23,301 nt of DNA, taken from positions 248,001-271,301 of the forward strand of contig JALDZS010000007.1 of the NCBI GenBank assembly GCA_022813965.1, read 5' to 3'. Positions 9,574 through 21,754 of this stretch are shown here, one piece after another (position 1 is the stretch's first letter; every line of letters begins with the position of its first letter). The stretch comes from Toensbergia leucococca. Lineage: Eukaryota. The notes under the pieces are model-generated. The model searched no databases, was not told the origin of the DNA, and saw nothing but the letters and a program-made list of their open reading frames with translations. The translations under genes were made by a program, and so were the position numbers.

Positions 9574-12166
9574 CTAGCCAAGACCGGCTTTTGTAGTCTT
9601 GACAACCTGTGCTACAGGCTGCATGATACCTTTGTTATTCAAAGCACCTAGTGCTGTCCCTGTGCTCCACCCCATCTTTTCCAACATGGCCCTTCCTTTG
9701 TTATCTGTGCCCAGCTCGGGAGCAGCAGCACCGACAACCTCACCTTCCAGGTAGGATACATTGGTTGCCACAAATCCCCCGCCCCGTTTCCGGCCTGGAG
9801 TAGTAGCAGGACCTCTTTTGCGTCGCATGTTCATACGCGGCAGGAAACGTCTTCGACCCATTTGAGTATCGACCGCTTTCAATGCATCCTCATCGTAATG
9901 ACCAGTTCGGGAGGTTTTATAGAGGACCGGGAAACGGGAGTTTCCACTCCCGACAGACTTGGACTTTAGCTTGAGAGCATTAGCCATCTCGTGCACTATT
10001 TTCCGAACTTTATGGTCCATTGGTGGCAGCGATAAGCTACGATGATTAGCTGGAGACTAGCCATTTCGAAGTCAATAGATGAGTCTGACCTTTCCACCTT
10101 TGAGATGAGGAAATCCCTGATCTCTTTTTTGATATCATTCATGGACATGCCCTCGACGTACTTGGCTTTCAGATCAGGCTTATTCTTCTTGCCTAATAGG
10201 CCTTCTGCTCTAAGCTCTTCACGTTCTTGCTTTCGAATTCTTTTTTTAATCCGATCGTTCTTCCAAGCATATTGCATTGACATCTCCATCTCGGAGTCTG
10301 ACAGCTCAATGAAGGGTACATCCCGGCGGCCCTTGAGTTTCTCCCGCAAGCTAAGACTATCATGATCCATAACATCAAATCCGTCGTAAGGTTCTTGATC
10401 AGGCACTTCCCCAACTTCGCCTGCAGAGAAAACATTACTATGGTTTCTCCTTTTTTGGTGCCTGCTCGAACGATATTTGAATGAAGTTGTAAACGCTTGT
10501 AGTGCTTCCTCCACTACGACTTTCTCTTCCTCATCTCCGTCAAAGAGAATTAATTCATTAGAACCTAGACCGAGCTCCTCTTGCTTTGAAAGTAATCGGG
10601 CCAATTGCTCGTCCGTTATTCTGGCCTTTCTTCTCTCGAAAAGATGCTGTTCATTCTTTGAATTTTCTTCTTCCTCTTCAAGATCCGTAGCCGACCTCTT
10701 ATCGAAACCAGAGACTTCATCAGAGTCTTCGCAATTCAAGGATTGTTGCTCAGTCATCTTCTGCTGGGCTTCAAAAGCACGAATGTGTTCCTCTGCACCT
10801 GACATACCCAGAGAGCCAAGTGGAATCCAACGAGCATCATCGACCGTACAACCTTCCCAAACGACAAGATATTGGAGACCGGTGGACCTCTCTCGCTTCG
10901 AGAGGATGCACTCTACATTACCAAGTATCTCATTTGAAGTGCCAAGCTCGTAGAAGTCCTGAAGATTTGCCTTGTTCCAGCCTGCGTCATTCTCTACTGG
11001 ACCACTGATTTGGTGAGCTAGCGAGGACTCATCGGTCTCGTCCTGCCAATCACTAACTTCCACACCAACTCCTGCGAGCTCACGGTTGTTCGTTGCAGTA
11101 TGGTCAACGGGATCCTGTACAATATCATTTTCGCTGATATTTGCAATGTAATCGGCCAGGATCTCATCCTCCCGGGATCTCTTGTTTCGTTCTTTGTTCT
11201 GAGGTCTACGCCGATGTATTCTGGGCCTGATTTGATGCTTGGTCCCGTTAGACGCAGTGAATTGTGGAGGAAGTGTCGCAGATGTAGCATTTTGCTCGTT
11301 ACGAGATATATTGGTCATGAGCGAAGTACTTGGAGGTACTGGGTCTGTCACTTGAATAACTTTGGAGTTTTTGACAACTGCTGTTGTCGGTATATCATCT
11401 CGTGTAACCTGTTCCTGTCGATCAGTGTCTTGGAAGCCGGAAATTACACATTGCTGCTTTGGACATGCCTTGGTGTAAGATTGATTCCTTCCAGTGAAAA
11501 TAATGATCTCTTCACTAGAATCCGAGGCTCCTGGCGAAGGCGAACGTGGTAAGACCGGCGGCGCAAAGGCTGTCTGCACTGGTCGGAATGAGCCTTTCAT
11601 GTCGACAAAAAACAAGTCCTCTCCGTTTCTAGAGCCTAAGTGCCCTTCTTGTAATGTATGCCGATTTCCAGAGGCGATAGATGGTTTTTCTGTCACTTCC
11701 TGCTCGAGTGGTTCACTTGACGCACTGCGGAGCCTATCTTCGAGGCTCATCTCCGCCATGATATCTTCAGGGGTGTCTCTACGAACGGTGCTCTGATCCT
11801 TTGGTACACTGCTGTCGTGGGGTCTATCTTCTGGGGCTATGCTAATGCGACCTGCGCTGACAAATGAGACTTGAGAATGCCGTAGCTTCAAATCAGAATT
11901 CCAAGAATGATGGCGTTCGGTGTTTAGAGCTTCTTGCCTCAGAGAGAAAGATGGCTGGCCATCGGCTGCGATACCATGAACTACCTATCAGCTCATTCAT
12001 ACAGCATCGTAGAATTATGGTACATTCAGAATTGCAGGCGACCGCGTAAGTACGGACCGTAATTTTGCTTTGACTGAAGGCCATCGGGAATGAGTGTATT
12101 TGCTAGGTTGCCACGATTTGATGCCCTGGAGCCACCTCGAACCCCTCCTCTTGTCCCTCTACCCAT
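9574..12166 (-). CDS. SQS1: R3H- and G-patch-domain protein Sqs1/Pfa1 (Prp43 cofactor family). Exons 12166-12058, 11965-10090, 10036-9574
   Basis: RG-rich start MGRGTRGGVRGGSR; FSLRQEALNTERHH...LRHSQVSFVSAG; R3H LSLPPMDHKVRKIVHEMA...SKSVGSGNSRFP; C-terminal G-patch NKGRAMLEKMGWSTGTALGALNNKGI...KTTKAGLG*. First exon less certain than the rest. Confidence 0.88.
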
Positions 12167-12797
12167 CTTGCACGGGTCCTACGTGCCGCGTTGTGGCGGT
12201 CGATGATGTGAATTAACATTCGTGATGTAAGATCAATTCATCGTAAGTCGTGAGTCGTGACAAGCTCGCGAGCCTTAAGAGATCTAAGCTACTCGTACTG
12301 ATATCCGTACCGAGGCACCTTATTCGAGGATTCTAGCGGCGCCATAGGCGAGATGCTCTCTATTTACATCCGTTTCCGTACCTAGGTAGGCCGCCCGGTG
12401 CCTAATACGTACCTAGTCATCCTGCAACGGAGATACTTGTGTTCTTCGCCATCGGAATTTCAAACAAGCCAGGGCATTTGTCTAAGTGTAGTCAGTGTAC
12501 GGAGTACGTGTGATCGGCTTCCATAATAGCGCTATGGCTGTCTTTGCTAAGATCAAGTTCTAGCAGTAGCCCGGCCTGTCTCTACTGTTGTTCAATCATC
12601 AACAATGCAACGCAGCCGGCCCATCATAGACCTCTTTACTCATTAGTACTTCACCGTTAACCCTCCGAAACTGACATATTCACGTATCCCCAACCTGGGA
12701 GAACAAAGTCCTACAACTTCTTTTTATCGCTTCGAACAATATTTCGTCCTCTCAACATTGTACCGTTCAACTCATCCCTAGCTTTGAGAGACCGGCC

Positions 12798-14294
12798 ATG
12801 ACGAGTGTGGACTTAAGACGCTATAGCCGGATAGTTCAATATTTCTGGGATCCCGAGCCGAAGAATGACGACGTCTCAGGATCCTCCATCTGGTGCTTGG
12901 GCAAAGAGTATACATCTAGGCCAAATTCAGGAAGGGGCTCGTCAATTTCTTTGGAACCTACAGAGAATGGCATAAAGTCGCCTTTCTCCACTGAACAGGC
13001 CTCACAAGAGGCCCTGGCAGTTGCAAACGGTACTGGACCTAACGGTGGGAGCGCAGGATTGTCTAGTCCGGAATCATCACAGGGCAGAAAATATGGAGAA
13101 TGGCCAGTAGATTTTCTGGATGACTTCGAATCTCGTATATGGATGACATATCGCTCGAATTTTCCGCCAATCAAGAAGTCACTTGATCCAACCGCTTTGT
13201 CCTCGATGAGCCTCTCTGTGCGTTTGCGCAGCCAGCTAGTTGACCATGGGGGCTTCACGTCAGACACTGGTTGGGGCTGCATGATTCGCTCTGGTCAGAG
13301 TCTCCTGGCGAATGCTCTGGTCTTCTTACGACTGGGGAGAGGCAAGATATCTTTATCTATACTACCGTCTACAAATGCTTATTGGCGCAGACTGGCGGCG
13401 GGGAATCCGACAAATTGAAGAACGGCAGCTCCTTAAATTGTTTGCCGACGACATTAAAGCGCCATTCTCCATTCACCGTTTCGTTGAGCACGGAGCGTCA
13501 GCTTGTGGGAAGCATCCGGGGGAGTGGTTTGGTCCATCCGCGACAGCAAGATGTATTCAGTAAGCTCCAAGTCTCGAAGTAACCTCTGGAGATATCTTCT
13601 TAATTATGCACAGGGCTTTATCAGAAGACTACATAGCGGATGAGTTGAAGGTTTACATAACTGGCGATGGAGCGGATGTTTACCAGGACAATTTTTTCAA
13701 GCACGCACGAAAGGATGACGGGAGATTCACCCCAACCCTCATTCTGGTGGGCATTAGATTGGGTATTGATCGGGTCACTCCAGCATATTGGGACGCGCTC
13801 AAGGCATGTCTGCAGATGCCCCAATCCATTGGCATAGCGGGGTACGTGTCAATGGCCCCGTTCCATTGAAGCCTTAAGACTGACACGTCCCCAGCGGACG
13901 CCCATCTTCATCTCATTATTTTGTAGGATTTCAAGGAGATAACTTCTTCTACTTGGACCCACATCAGACGCTTGTAGCATCACCGTTATACCAAAATCTC
14001 AGTGACTTCGCAGTGGAAGAAATAGACTCTTATCACACGAGGAAATTACGCAGGCTACCTATTTCGAAGATGGATCCTAGTATGCTCATCGCCTTCTTGA
14101 TTAGAGACGAGACCGATTGGCTAAGGTGGAAGGAGACCGTCGGAAATACACAAGGCAAAGCGGTAATTCACGTGGAAGACACCGAAGCTGCTTTACACGG
14201 TCATAGTACAGAGCGACGGAGTGCAGTTGACGAAGTAGAAACATTCGATGATGAGGAAGGTGATGGTGAAATAATTGAGCAGGTCCTCAATTAG
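12798..14294 (+). CDS. ATG4: Autophagy cysteine protease Atg4 (peptidase C54). Exons 12798-13341, 13391-13559, 13614-13841, 13895-14294
   Basis: [33 protein letters not shown] (catalytic C), [45 protein letters not shown] (catalytic D/H), MDPSMLIAF. Confidence 0.96.
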
Positions 14295-14790
14295 TAGTCA
14301 CTGGGCGTTGGTATTATACGTGCGGCGATGACTACAGATGAAGGAGTTGAGGAGTTGAGGAAGCGATATCCACCTTTAAATTGCTTCTTGCAGACCAAAC
14401 AGCATATGTGCCATTTGGACTGTGATCACTAGAATCTACAATGATATTGAGGTGAGGTCAAGGAACAACCCCTATATATATCAATGTGTGATGGAAATGG
14501 CGATGTGACTAATATGTTAAGGGTGTTCAATACAACTCAGACCGTCACATGATACGTCTCTAGATCGGTATATAAAAATGTTCCTTTAAGTTGCTTCATT
14601 GGATATTTGTATTGTACAGCGAAGTCCGCCCTCGATGCAAACCGTGCACACATTCGGCTCCACAGTAAGCCATTCCATAACGCATTAGAGAAACCCGCAG
14701 AACACCGGAAACCCCGCATCTCGCGCGCAATAGCCAGATATCATGCGCACCAATATCTAGCTGAAGTGTTGGACAAAAAAGGAAAATGGC

Positions 14791-15442
<652 letters not shown>

Positions 15443-15909
15443 TATTTTGATGGATTTAATGAAGTTTGAGAAGTCGGAATCGAAGAAATGTAACGAATAT
15501 GAAGTGAGATACCAAATGCGTTGGAAGAGTCGCGCGAGATAGCTTCGGGAGTGGATGTTGGATGGATGGAAGAAAGGGAAGAGATTGTGGGGCGCGAGCT
15601 TCTTTGTACTCGTCAATGCGGATCGTGATACGGTTGGCGCGTCCAGCATAAGCGAACACAACATGGACTTTGACGGAACTAGTGGTATCAAACGCATAAC
15701 ACTCTTACTAAGCGAGATTTCTGGAGCTGTGAGCACCAAATCACCACTTTCGCGCTGCTACTACTTAACTCCCCTTCCGCCCCATTATTCCACTTCTTTT
15801 TACCCACCCATCGTCCAACTACGTCCACACTTATCATCAACCATCTCATCACATCTCAGGCTCGTTCTTCATTAACCAGTCCGTACGCTTCACCTAGAAA
15901 TCTACCAAA
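15443..15909. promoter_or_regulatory. Bidirectional H2B/H2A promoter with four CGCG cores, one a CGCGAAA (SCB/MCB-like) site on the minus strand
   Basis: 467 bp between divergent ATGs; CGCG at 15531-15536 (CGCGCG), 15593, 15638 and TTTCGCG at 15748-15754. Function of the sites is inferred. Confidence 0.6.
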
Positions 15910-16552
<643 letters not shown>

Positions 16553-17092
16553 TTGGATGCATTATGATTTCGGCGCGGATGCACGGTGATTTTTTCTTTA
16601 TGCGATAATGGGGTGTCGGATGGGGACCGGGTTTACGGCTTTGCTCTTGCTTCCGAGGATGTACATTATGTCCATGGTCAAGACACGATTCTAGATATTT
16701 GAGAAATACATTAAATCACATGTGGTGCTCGTATGCTTATTATTTGAATTGAAAAACTTGAACCATCGGTCGTAATGGATTTTCATTGCAGTCTACATAC
16801 CTGTACTCACTGTTTGGACCAATTTATTCAAACCTGGAGTCTAGGATCTCGATCAATATTCACTGTGCTAAGAATCGAGTCGTTGTATTCGTAAAGGATT
16901 TAATCCAATCTACCAGCCTCACACATTTGCTCACAACATAGAGCCATCAAAGAGAATCATGTCTGTCACACCTCTAATCGCGCAAATGCCAATTGGTAGT
17001 CTTCATACCAATATCCCGATTCCCATCCAGAAAAAGCCACGACGCGACTACAGTCAAGCGTAAGTTTGGCCCCTTAGTACTTTGAAAAATAA

Positions 17093-17599
17093 TCAAAGAG
17101 TCATGTGAGGGGGAGCTTCTACTATCAGTCACAGTGCATCTTCTGAAAATGGGGCCACACACATACGATCAAGTATAGGTGCGGGTATGTTTCTCTCAAA
17201 TTTGGATCCTGTAGCAATTGTCAGCGACCTTTGTGCACGGGGGATCAAAAGCTGTACCGCCGGGAGCAGTGGGAGCATGGTATGGATCGGGGTGCTTCCA
17301 TTCCTCAAGTAGTGATTCGGCTTCCTGGAAAAGTTCCTTGCAAGACGTCAGACAACTTAGCCCTATCTAAGTTGTAATTTCAAGCTCACCCTTTGCTGCC
17401 TTGGGTTCCGGACGTCACTGTTTGCTTCAAAAAGAGATCGAATGTAGAGTGCTTGGCCGCGCCAGATATAACGATGGACAGCCCAGTCGAGAGACAATTT
17501 CAGGGACCGACGGTACAACGAGCTGTGAGAGTAGTTAATGTCGTACACCCATGAGAATTAACAATCACAAACGTACGACACTGTCTGCTTACTTGCCAT
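17093..17599 (-). CDS. NDUFB9: NADH:ubiquinone oxidoreductase LYR-family subunit B22 (NDUFB9/NI2M); five exons, first three starting at 17599, 17522 and 17336
   Basis: MASKQTVS|SLYRRSLKLSLDWAVHRYIWRGQALYIRSLFEANSDVRNPRQQR|ELFQEAESLLEEWKHPDPYHAPTAPG|GSKFERNIPAPILD|PPPHMTL*: LYR motif plus HPDPY..PTAPGGSKFERN signature. Confidence 0.93.
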
Positions 17600-17849
17600 T
17601 GCAGGTGTAGGAAGGGTAATATTTGATTGGGTGTGTACCAGACCCAGTGCCGCTTCGATGAAATCCTAAGGTCGTGCACGGTCAGACGAAACTGAAAGTT
17701 GAAGCTTTCCCCAAGCTCGGTTGATCGGACCACAAGTATTCAGTCAAATAGTGAAAGATTGATTGACCACCACGCGTTTCCCATTTTTTCTTTCTCTTTG
17801 GCTTACGATAGATATCTCCAATCGCCACAATTATTCAGTTTGAAATAGT

Positions 17850-19901
17850 ATGGCAAGCAGACAATGCTGGAGATGTCCTAAACCCTGTTGTTCTCCCTCC
17901 TTGAGAGAGTCACTGCTTCGATCTCGCTCAATCATGACTGAAACACATCGAGCTTCCTTAACTCATGTGCGCAGTCACTTTACAGAAGTCAGGCGTGGAT
18001 CGCCCCTTGTTCTTTGCTTTCGATCAATGTGCTTCCTGCCTAGCCATTCCAATGGATAACTTTGGCTGACTCTTTGTCAGATCTCAGCATGGTGCCTTAC
18101 TCAATACAAGCTTGCGCTCGATGCAACGGCGTTATTATGGTTGGTGACTTTTAATTCTCACAGCTATCTTAGTCTAACGCTTTTGACAGCGGACAAGATT
18201 GTGAAGGTCCCCGAGATGGCCGAGTCCATATCCGAAGGAACTCTCAAGCAATGGTCAAAGCGTGAGACTACATTCCTTCATTTCTTGACAAGATTTTGAG
18301 GCGCGACAAAACAGTCATGCTAAAAGCCCGTACAGATGTAGGAGACTATGTGGAACAGGATGAGGAGATTGCTACTATTGAAACCGATAAGGTAAAAGTC
18401 CAATGGATGGTAACATTATATGTTTCTGTGCTAACAGATTATCAACGCCCAGATCGATGTAGCTGTCAATGCTCCGGAAGCAGGTACCATCAAGGAATTC
18501 CTTGCGACCGAGGAGGATACAGTGACCGTGGGTCAGGATCTTGTCAAAATGGAGCTTGGTGACGCACCTAAGAGCGGAGAGAAAGAGAAGGGTGGCCAAG
18601 AAACGAAGGCACCAGCTTCAGATGCTCAGTCCACCTCTTCCGATCCCAAACCTGCCAAGGACGACTCAAAGTCCAAAGCAGAACCTTCAACTTCCCCAAC
18701 GACCTTACCTAAAGAAAGAGACGAATCTACGAATGGAGAAGCTGCATCGAGTCCGCCCAAAAATGAGTCTCCAAGGAAAGAGCCATCGAGGCAAGACCCA
18801 CCTCCATCCACCCCATCCGAACCCAAAAAGTCAGTACCCAAGAGCACCAGTAACGACACGCTCTATGGCAATAGGGAAGAGCGAAGAGTAGAACCACATG
18901 AAGACTCCTCATCTGATTACTGGCTAACACTGTTCTCAAGGTCAAGATGAACCGCATGCGCCTCCGTATTGCCGAACGTCTCAAGCAATCTCAAAATACC
19001 GCAGCTTCGCTCACAACATTCAACGAAGTTGACATGTCTTCCCTCATGGAATTCCGAAAACTTTACAAGGACAGCGTGTTAAAAAAGACTGGTGTCAAGC
19101 TTGGGTTTATGAGCGCTTTCTCACGGGCATGCATCCTCGCAATGAAAGACATCCCAGCAGTAAATGCATCCATTGAAGGTCCCAATGGTGGTGACACGAT
19201 TGTCTATCGAGATTACGTAGACATCAGTGTAGCTGTCGCTACAGAGAAGGGCCTCGTCACTCCGGTCGTCCGCAACACGGAGTCTTTAGATTTGGTTGGC
19301 ATTGAACAAGCCATTGCAGAGTTAGGTAAAAAGGTCGGTGCAGCTGCTACTTGTGGGAAATTTCTACAGCGCCTAATTGCGACGAATAGGCTCGCGAGAA
19401 TAAGCTAACTATAGAAGACATGGCTGGGGGAACATTTACCATCAGTAACGTGAGTCTTCGAATACGCAGTCTATGAGGATCAAATCTAATAATCTCCAGG
19501 GTGGTGTCTTTGGATCTTTAATGGGTACTCCAATCATCAATTTGCCACAAACCGGTAATGCTCCTACCCTGTGATTTGATTATTTTGTGGTTGACGTAAG
19601 CTTCAGCTGTACTGGGTCTACATGCTACGAAAGACAAGCCTGTTGCAATAAATGGGAGTATTGAAATACGCCCGGTTAGTTTGCTCTCCTTCCTTCTCTG
19701 TCGCTCAAGATACACTAACAGGGTTGATTAGATGATGTATCTTGCGCTTACATATGACCACCGTCTTCTTGATGGAAGGGAGGCTGTGACCTTCCTAGTC
19801 AAGGTAGGCACCATTGAAGTCAGTCTCTAAAATCAATATTAATTTTTGAGATACAGGTTAAGGAGTACATAGAAGACCCCAGGAGGATGCTTTTAGGGTA
19901 G
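17850..19901 (+). CDS. KGD2: Dihydrolipoamide succinyltransferase, E2 of 2-oxoglutarate dehydrogenase (mitochondrial, multi-exon)
   Basis: Arg/Ser-rich presequence; lipoyl domain [20 protein letters not shown]...[19 protein letters not shown]; catalytic domain [105 protein letters not shown]. The first intron donor is ambiguous. Confidence 0.97.
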
Positions 19902-19980
19902 ATCATTACTAGTAGACATAAGTAAGGTACCTTGGGACGCACCTCTAAGTCAGAAAATTAGTGTAAATAATAAGTAATCA

Positions 19981-20122
19981 GATAAAAGTACTCGTGCGGT
20001 CGGAAAGTCTATCCCCTTGGCACGCTAATTCAATTAGAATGTACCTAAGCAGTCTGATTGGTGATCCTAATTGAGTTAGTGTGTTAAGGGGATAGACTTT
20101 TCAGTTGCATGAGTACCTTATC
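19981..20122. repeat. Imperfect inverted repeat (arms ~19981-20040 and ~20064-20122); core 19991-20113 flanked by TA on both sides, MITE-like fold-back
   Basis: Left GTACTCGTGCGGTCGGAAAGTCTATCCCCTTGGCACGCTAATTCAATTAGAAT vs reverse complement of right GTACTCATGCAACTGAAAAGTCTATCCCCTTAACACACTAACTCAATTAGGAT: colinear, differing only by transitions. Confidence 0.85.
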
Positions 20123-20130
20123 CCTTCTAC

Positions 20131-21375
20131 TGTTATATGTGCAGTCATTTAGAGAAAATATACTTACTTACAAAGAGTAAATAATTAGTTAATTAGAATA
20201 ATATCTTAAATATAAATTGTACAGATTATATGTAGTAATTTGTGCTTGATGTTTTACTAAAATATAGAGTTATCTTAATTTTTATTAATCAGTAATATCA
20301 CATAATCTTATCTCTTTAGATAATTACATTCATAATATTAAAAGAGAATAATAAGAGAGTAACATAATATATTATGTAGATTATTAGTTTATTTCTTTAT
20401 TAAGTGCATGCAGTCATAAGATTATAATACTAATTAAGTCTATATATTAAGTATAAAAAACTTATATTATCTGACATACTTTTAGTTAATCAGTATATAG
20501 TTATTAATATAACAAAACAAATTTTTAACTAATATTTTAAGTCTCTTCTTATTCTTTAAGTGTATAAAATAATTATTATAAATATTTTTATAAAGGATTT
20601 AGTATATATCACAAAGAGCTTAAATTAGCATCTTTAAGTCTGATTTATTCATTGATTTAGTCTTATACACTAGATATTTACAATCTTAGTATTTAAATTA
20701 ATAACATTAAGCATATAACACATATACTCAGATGCAGATTATTCACAACAAGAGTAATAAAAGTAGTACTATGATTAAATAACTTTTATTATTATCTTCT
20801 GAGATAGAAATCTTATTAATATTACTGCAGTAGCAAGTCATCTGTGACATTTTGTTCTTTAACGTCTACACTAACATCAGTTTAATATTTAAGTCTTTTG
20901 ACACTTAGTTATCTTTTAACATTTAGTTCTTTAATATTTAGCTACTGTATAGTATCTGTTTATTCTTTTAACATTTAGTTTCTTATCAGCTTATCAGTGA
21001 TGTTTAATCATCATCAGAAGAAATTTTCTACAACATTATTCAAAAAAGCTCAAAATTTTTCAAAGCATACTCTAAATTTATTCTAATCAGAAACACCTTA
21101 TCAGTCTGATGATTTCTTTCCTTATTAACATGCTAATTTTTTTTCTACCTTTTATCATTATGTCTTTAGAAGATAATATCTGATATGATGCAGTAAGAAG
21201 GGTAATAACTGTTATTAACAATAATATCGCTAACATGAACTGCAATCATTTCACTGCTTTGAAAAGTAAAATTTATCACTTATATACTGATATACATTAA
21301 GAAAATAAAGAGAAAGCTTTTTAATAAGACGTTAAGAAAGTAAAACATTAGTAACAAGAGAAAAGAGAAGCACAG
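20131..21375. mobile_element. Highly AT-rich, TpA-rich decayed transposon relic (RIP-like); possibly an old LTR (TGTTATA at 20131 ... TGTGACA at 20849) plus internal sequence
   Basis: Abrupt drop in GC, CpG nearly absent, no ORF of 60 aa or more in the track; TG..CA ends compatible with a C-to-T mutated TGTCACA terminal repeat. Element identity is inferred. Confidence 0.65.
20894..20980 (+). repeat. Three copies of a 17-bp unit TCTTTT(G/A)ACA(C/T)TTAGTT
   Basis: Copies at 20894-20910, 20912-20928 and 20964-20980, with degenerate neighbours. Confidence 0.75.
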
Positions 21376-21528
21376 TGTCACGGTTATATCTTAGGTTAGC
21401 GTCCCCGGGCCCGGATCATCAATTGTTCCGGCCCCACACACTAGATATTTGCAATCCTAGCACGTAGAACGCGAGGGAGGACGGGAACATAGCAAGGGGA
21501 TCACCAACTATTATTTTGAACCCTTACA
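21376..21528 (+). repeat. Putative 5' LTR (153 bp, TG...CA)
   Basis: TGTCACGG vs reverse complement of the end TGTAAGGG (6/8 match), immediately followed by a PBS-like TGG motif. Partner LTR not in the window. Confidence 0.72.
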
Positions 21529-21530
21529 AT

Positions 21531-21543
21531 TGGTAGCAACAGC
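21531..21543 (+). other. Putative primer-binding site TGGTAGC(AACAGC)
   Basis: Starts 2 nt after the LTR's CA; TGGTAGC is complementary to ...GCUACCA-3', the end of eukaryotic initiator tRNA-Met. Extent of pairing beyond 7 nt not verified. Confidence 0.65.
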
Positions 21544-21754
21544 ATAGGCACGATTAGGTAACTTCTATCGTTACTCACCAGCACTCACCAGCACCTCGTC
21601 ACCAGTGAAGAGGCCAAAGCCCTCACCGTCATCAAATACCAGCGAATAGGCTGAAGCCCACGCCGTCATCAAGGAACCAAGTCATTGAATCAGTGGATTT
21701 ATTCTCTTTTGGTTTCAAGCGACCATTTTCATTTCTTTCCTTACCTTCCACGTC

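Noticed and set aside
10042..11796. Several 100-160 aa ORFs antisense or out of frame to SQS1 (similar ones over JJJ1, ATG4, UCH, KGD2)
   Set aside because: Shadow ORFs of real coding sequence (Ser/Phe-rich mirrors of Glu/Lys-rich strands) with no recognisable motifs.
12546..12558. GCTAAGATCAAGT resembles the 5' region of U2 snRNA
   Set aside because: The essential GTGTAGTA branch-pairing sequence does not follow (TCTAGCAG instead) and no Sm site or U2 stems are evident; chance match.
17985..18086. Possible GC donor for KGD2 intron 1
   Set aside because: A GT donor at 18029 and alternative donor/acceptor pairs also keep the frame; cannot be resolved without transcripts.
20131..20849. Solo LTR interpretation of the AT-rich relic
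   Set aside because: Flanks (TCTAC vs TTTTG) are not a target-site duplication.
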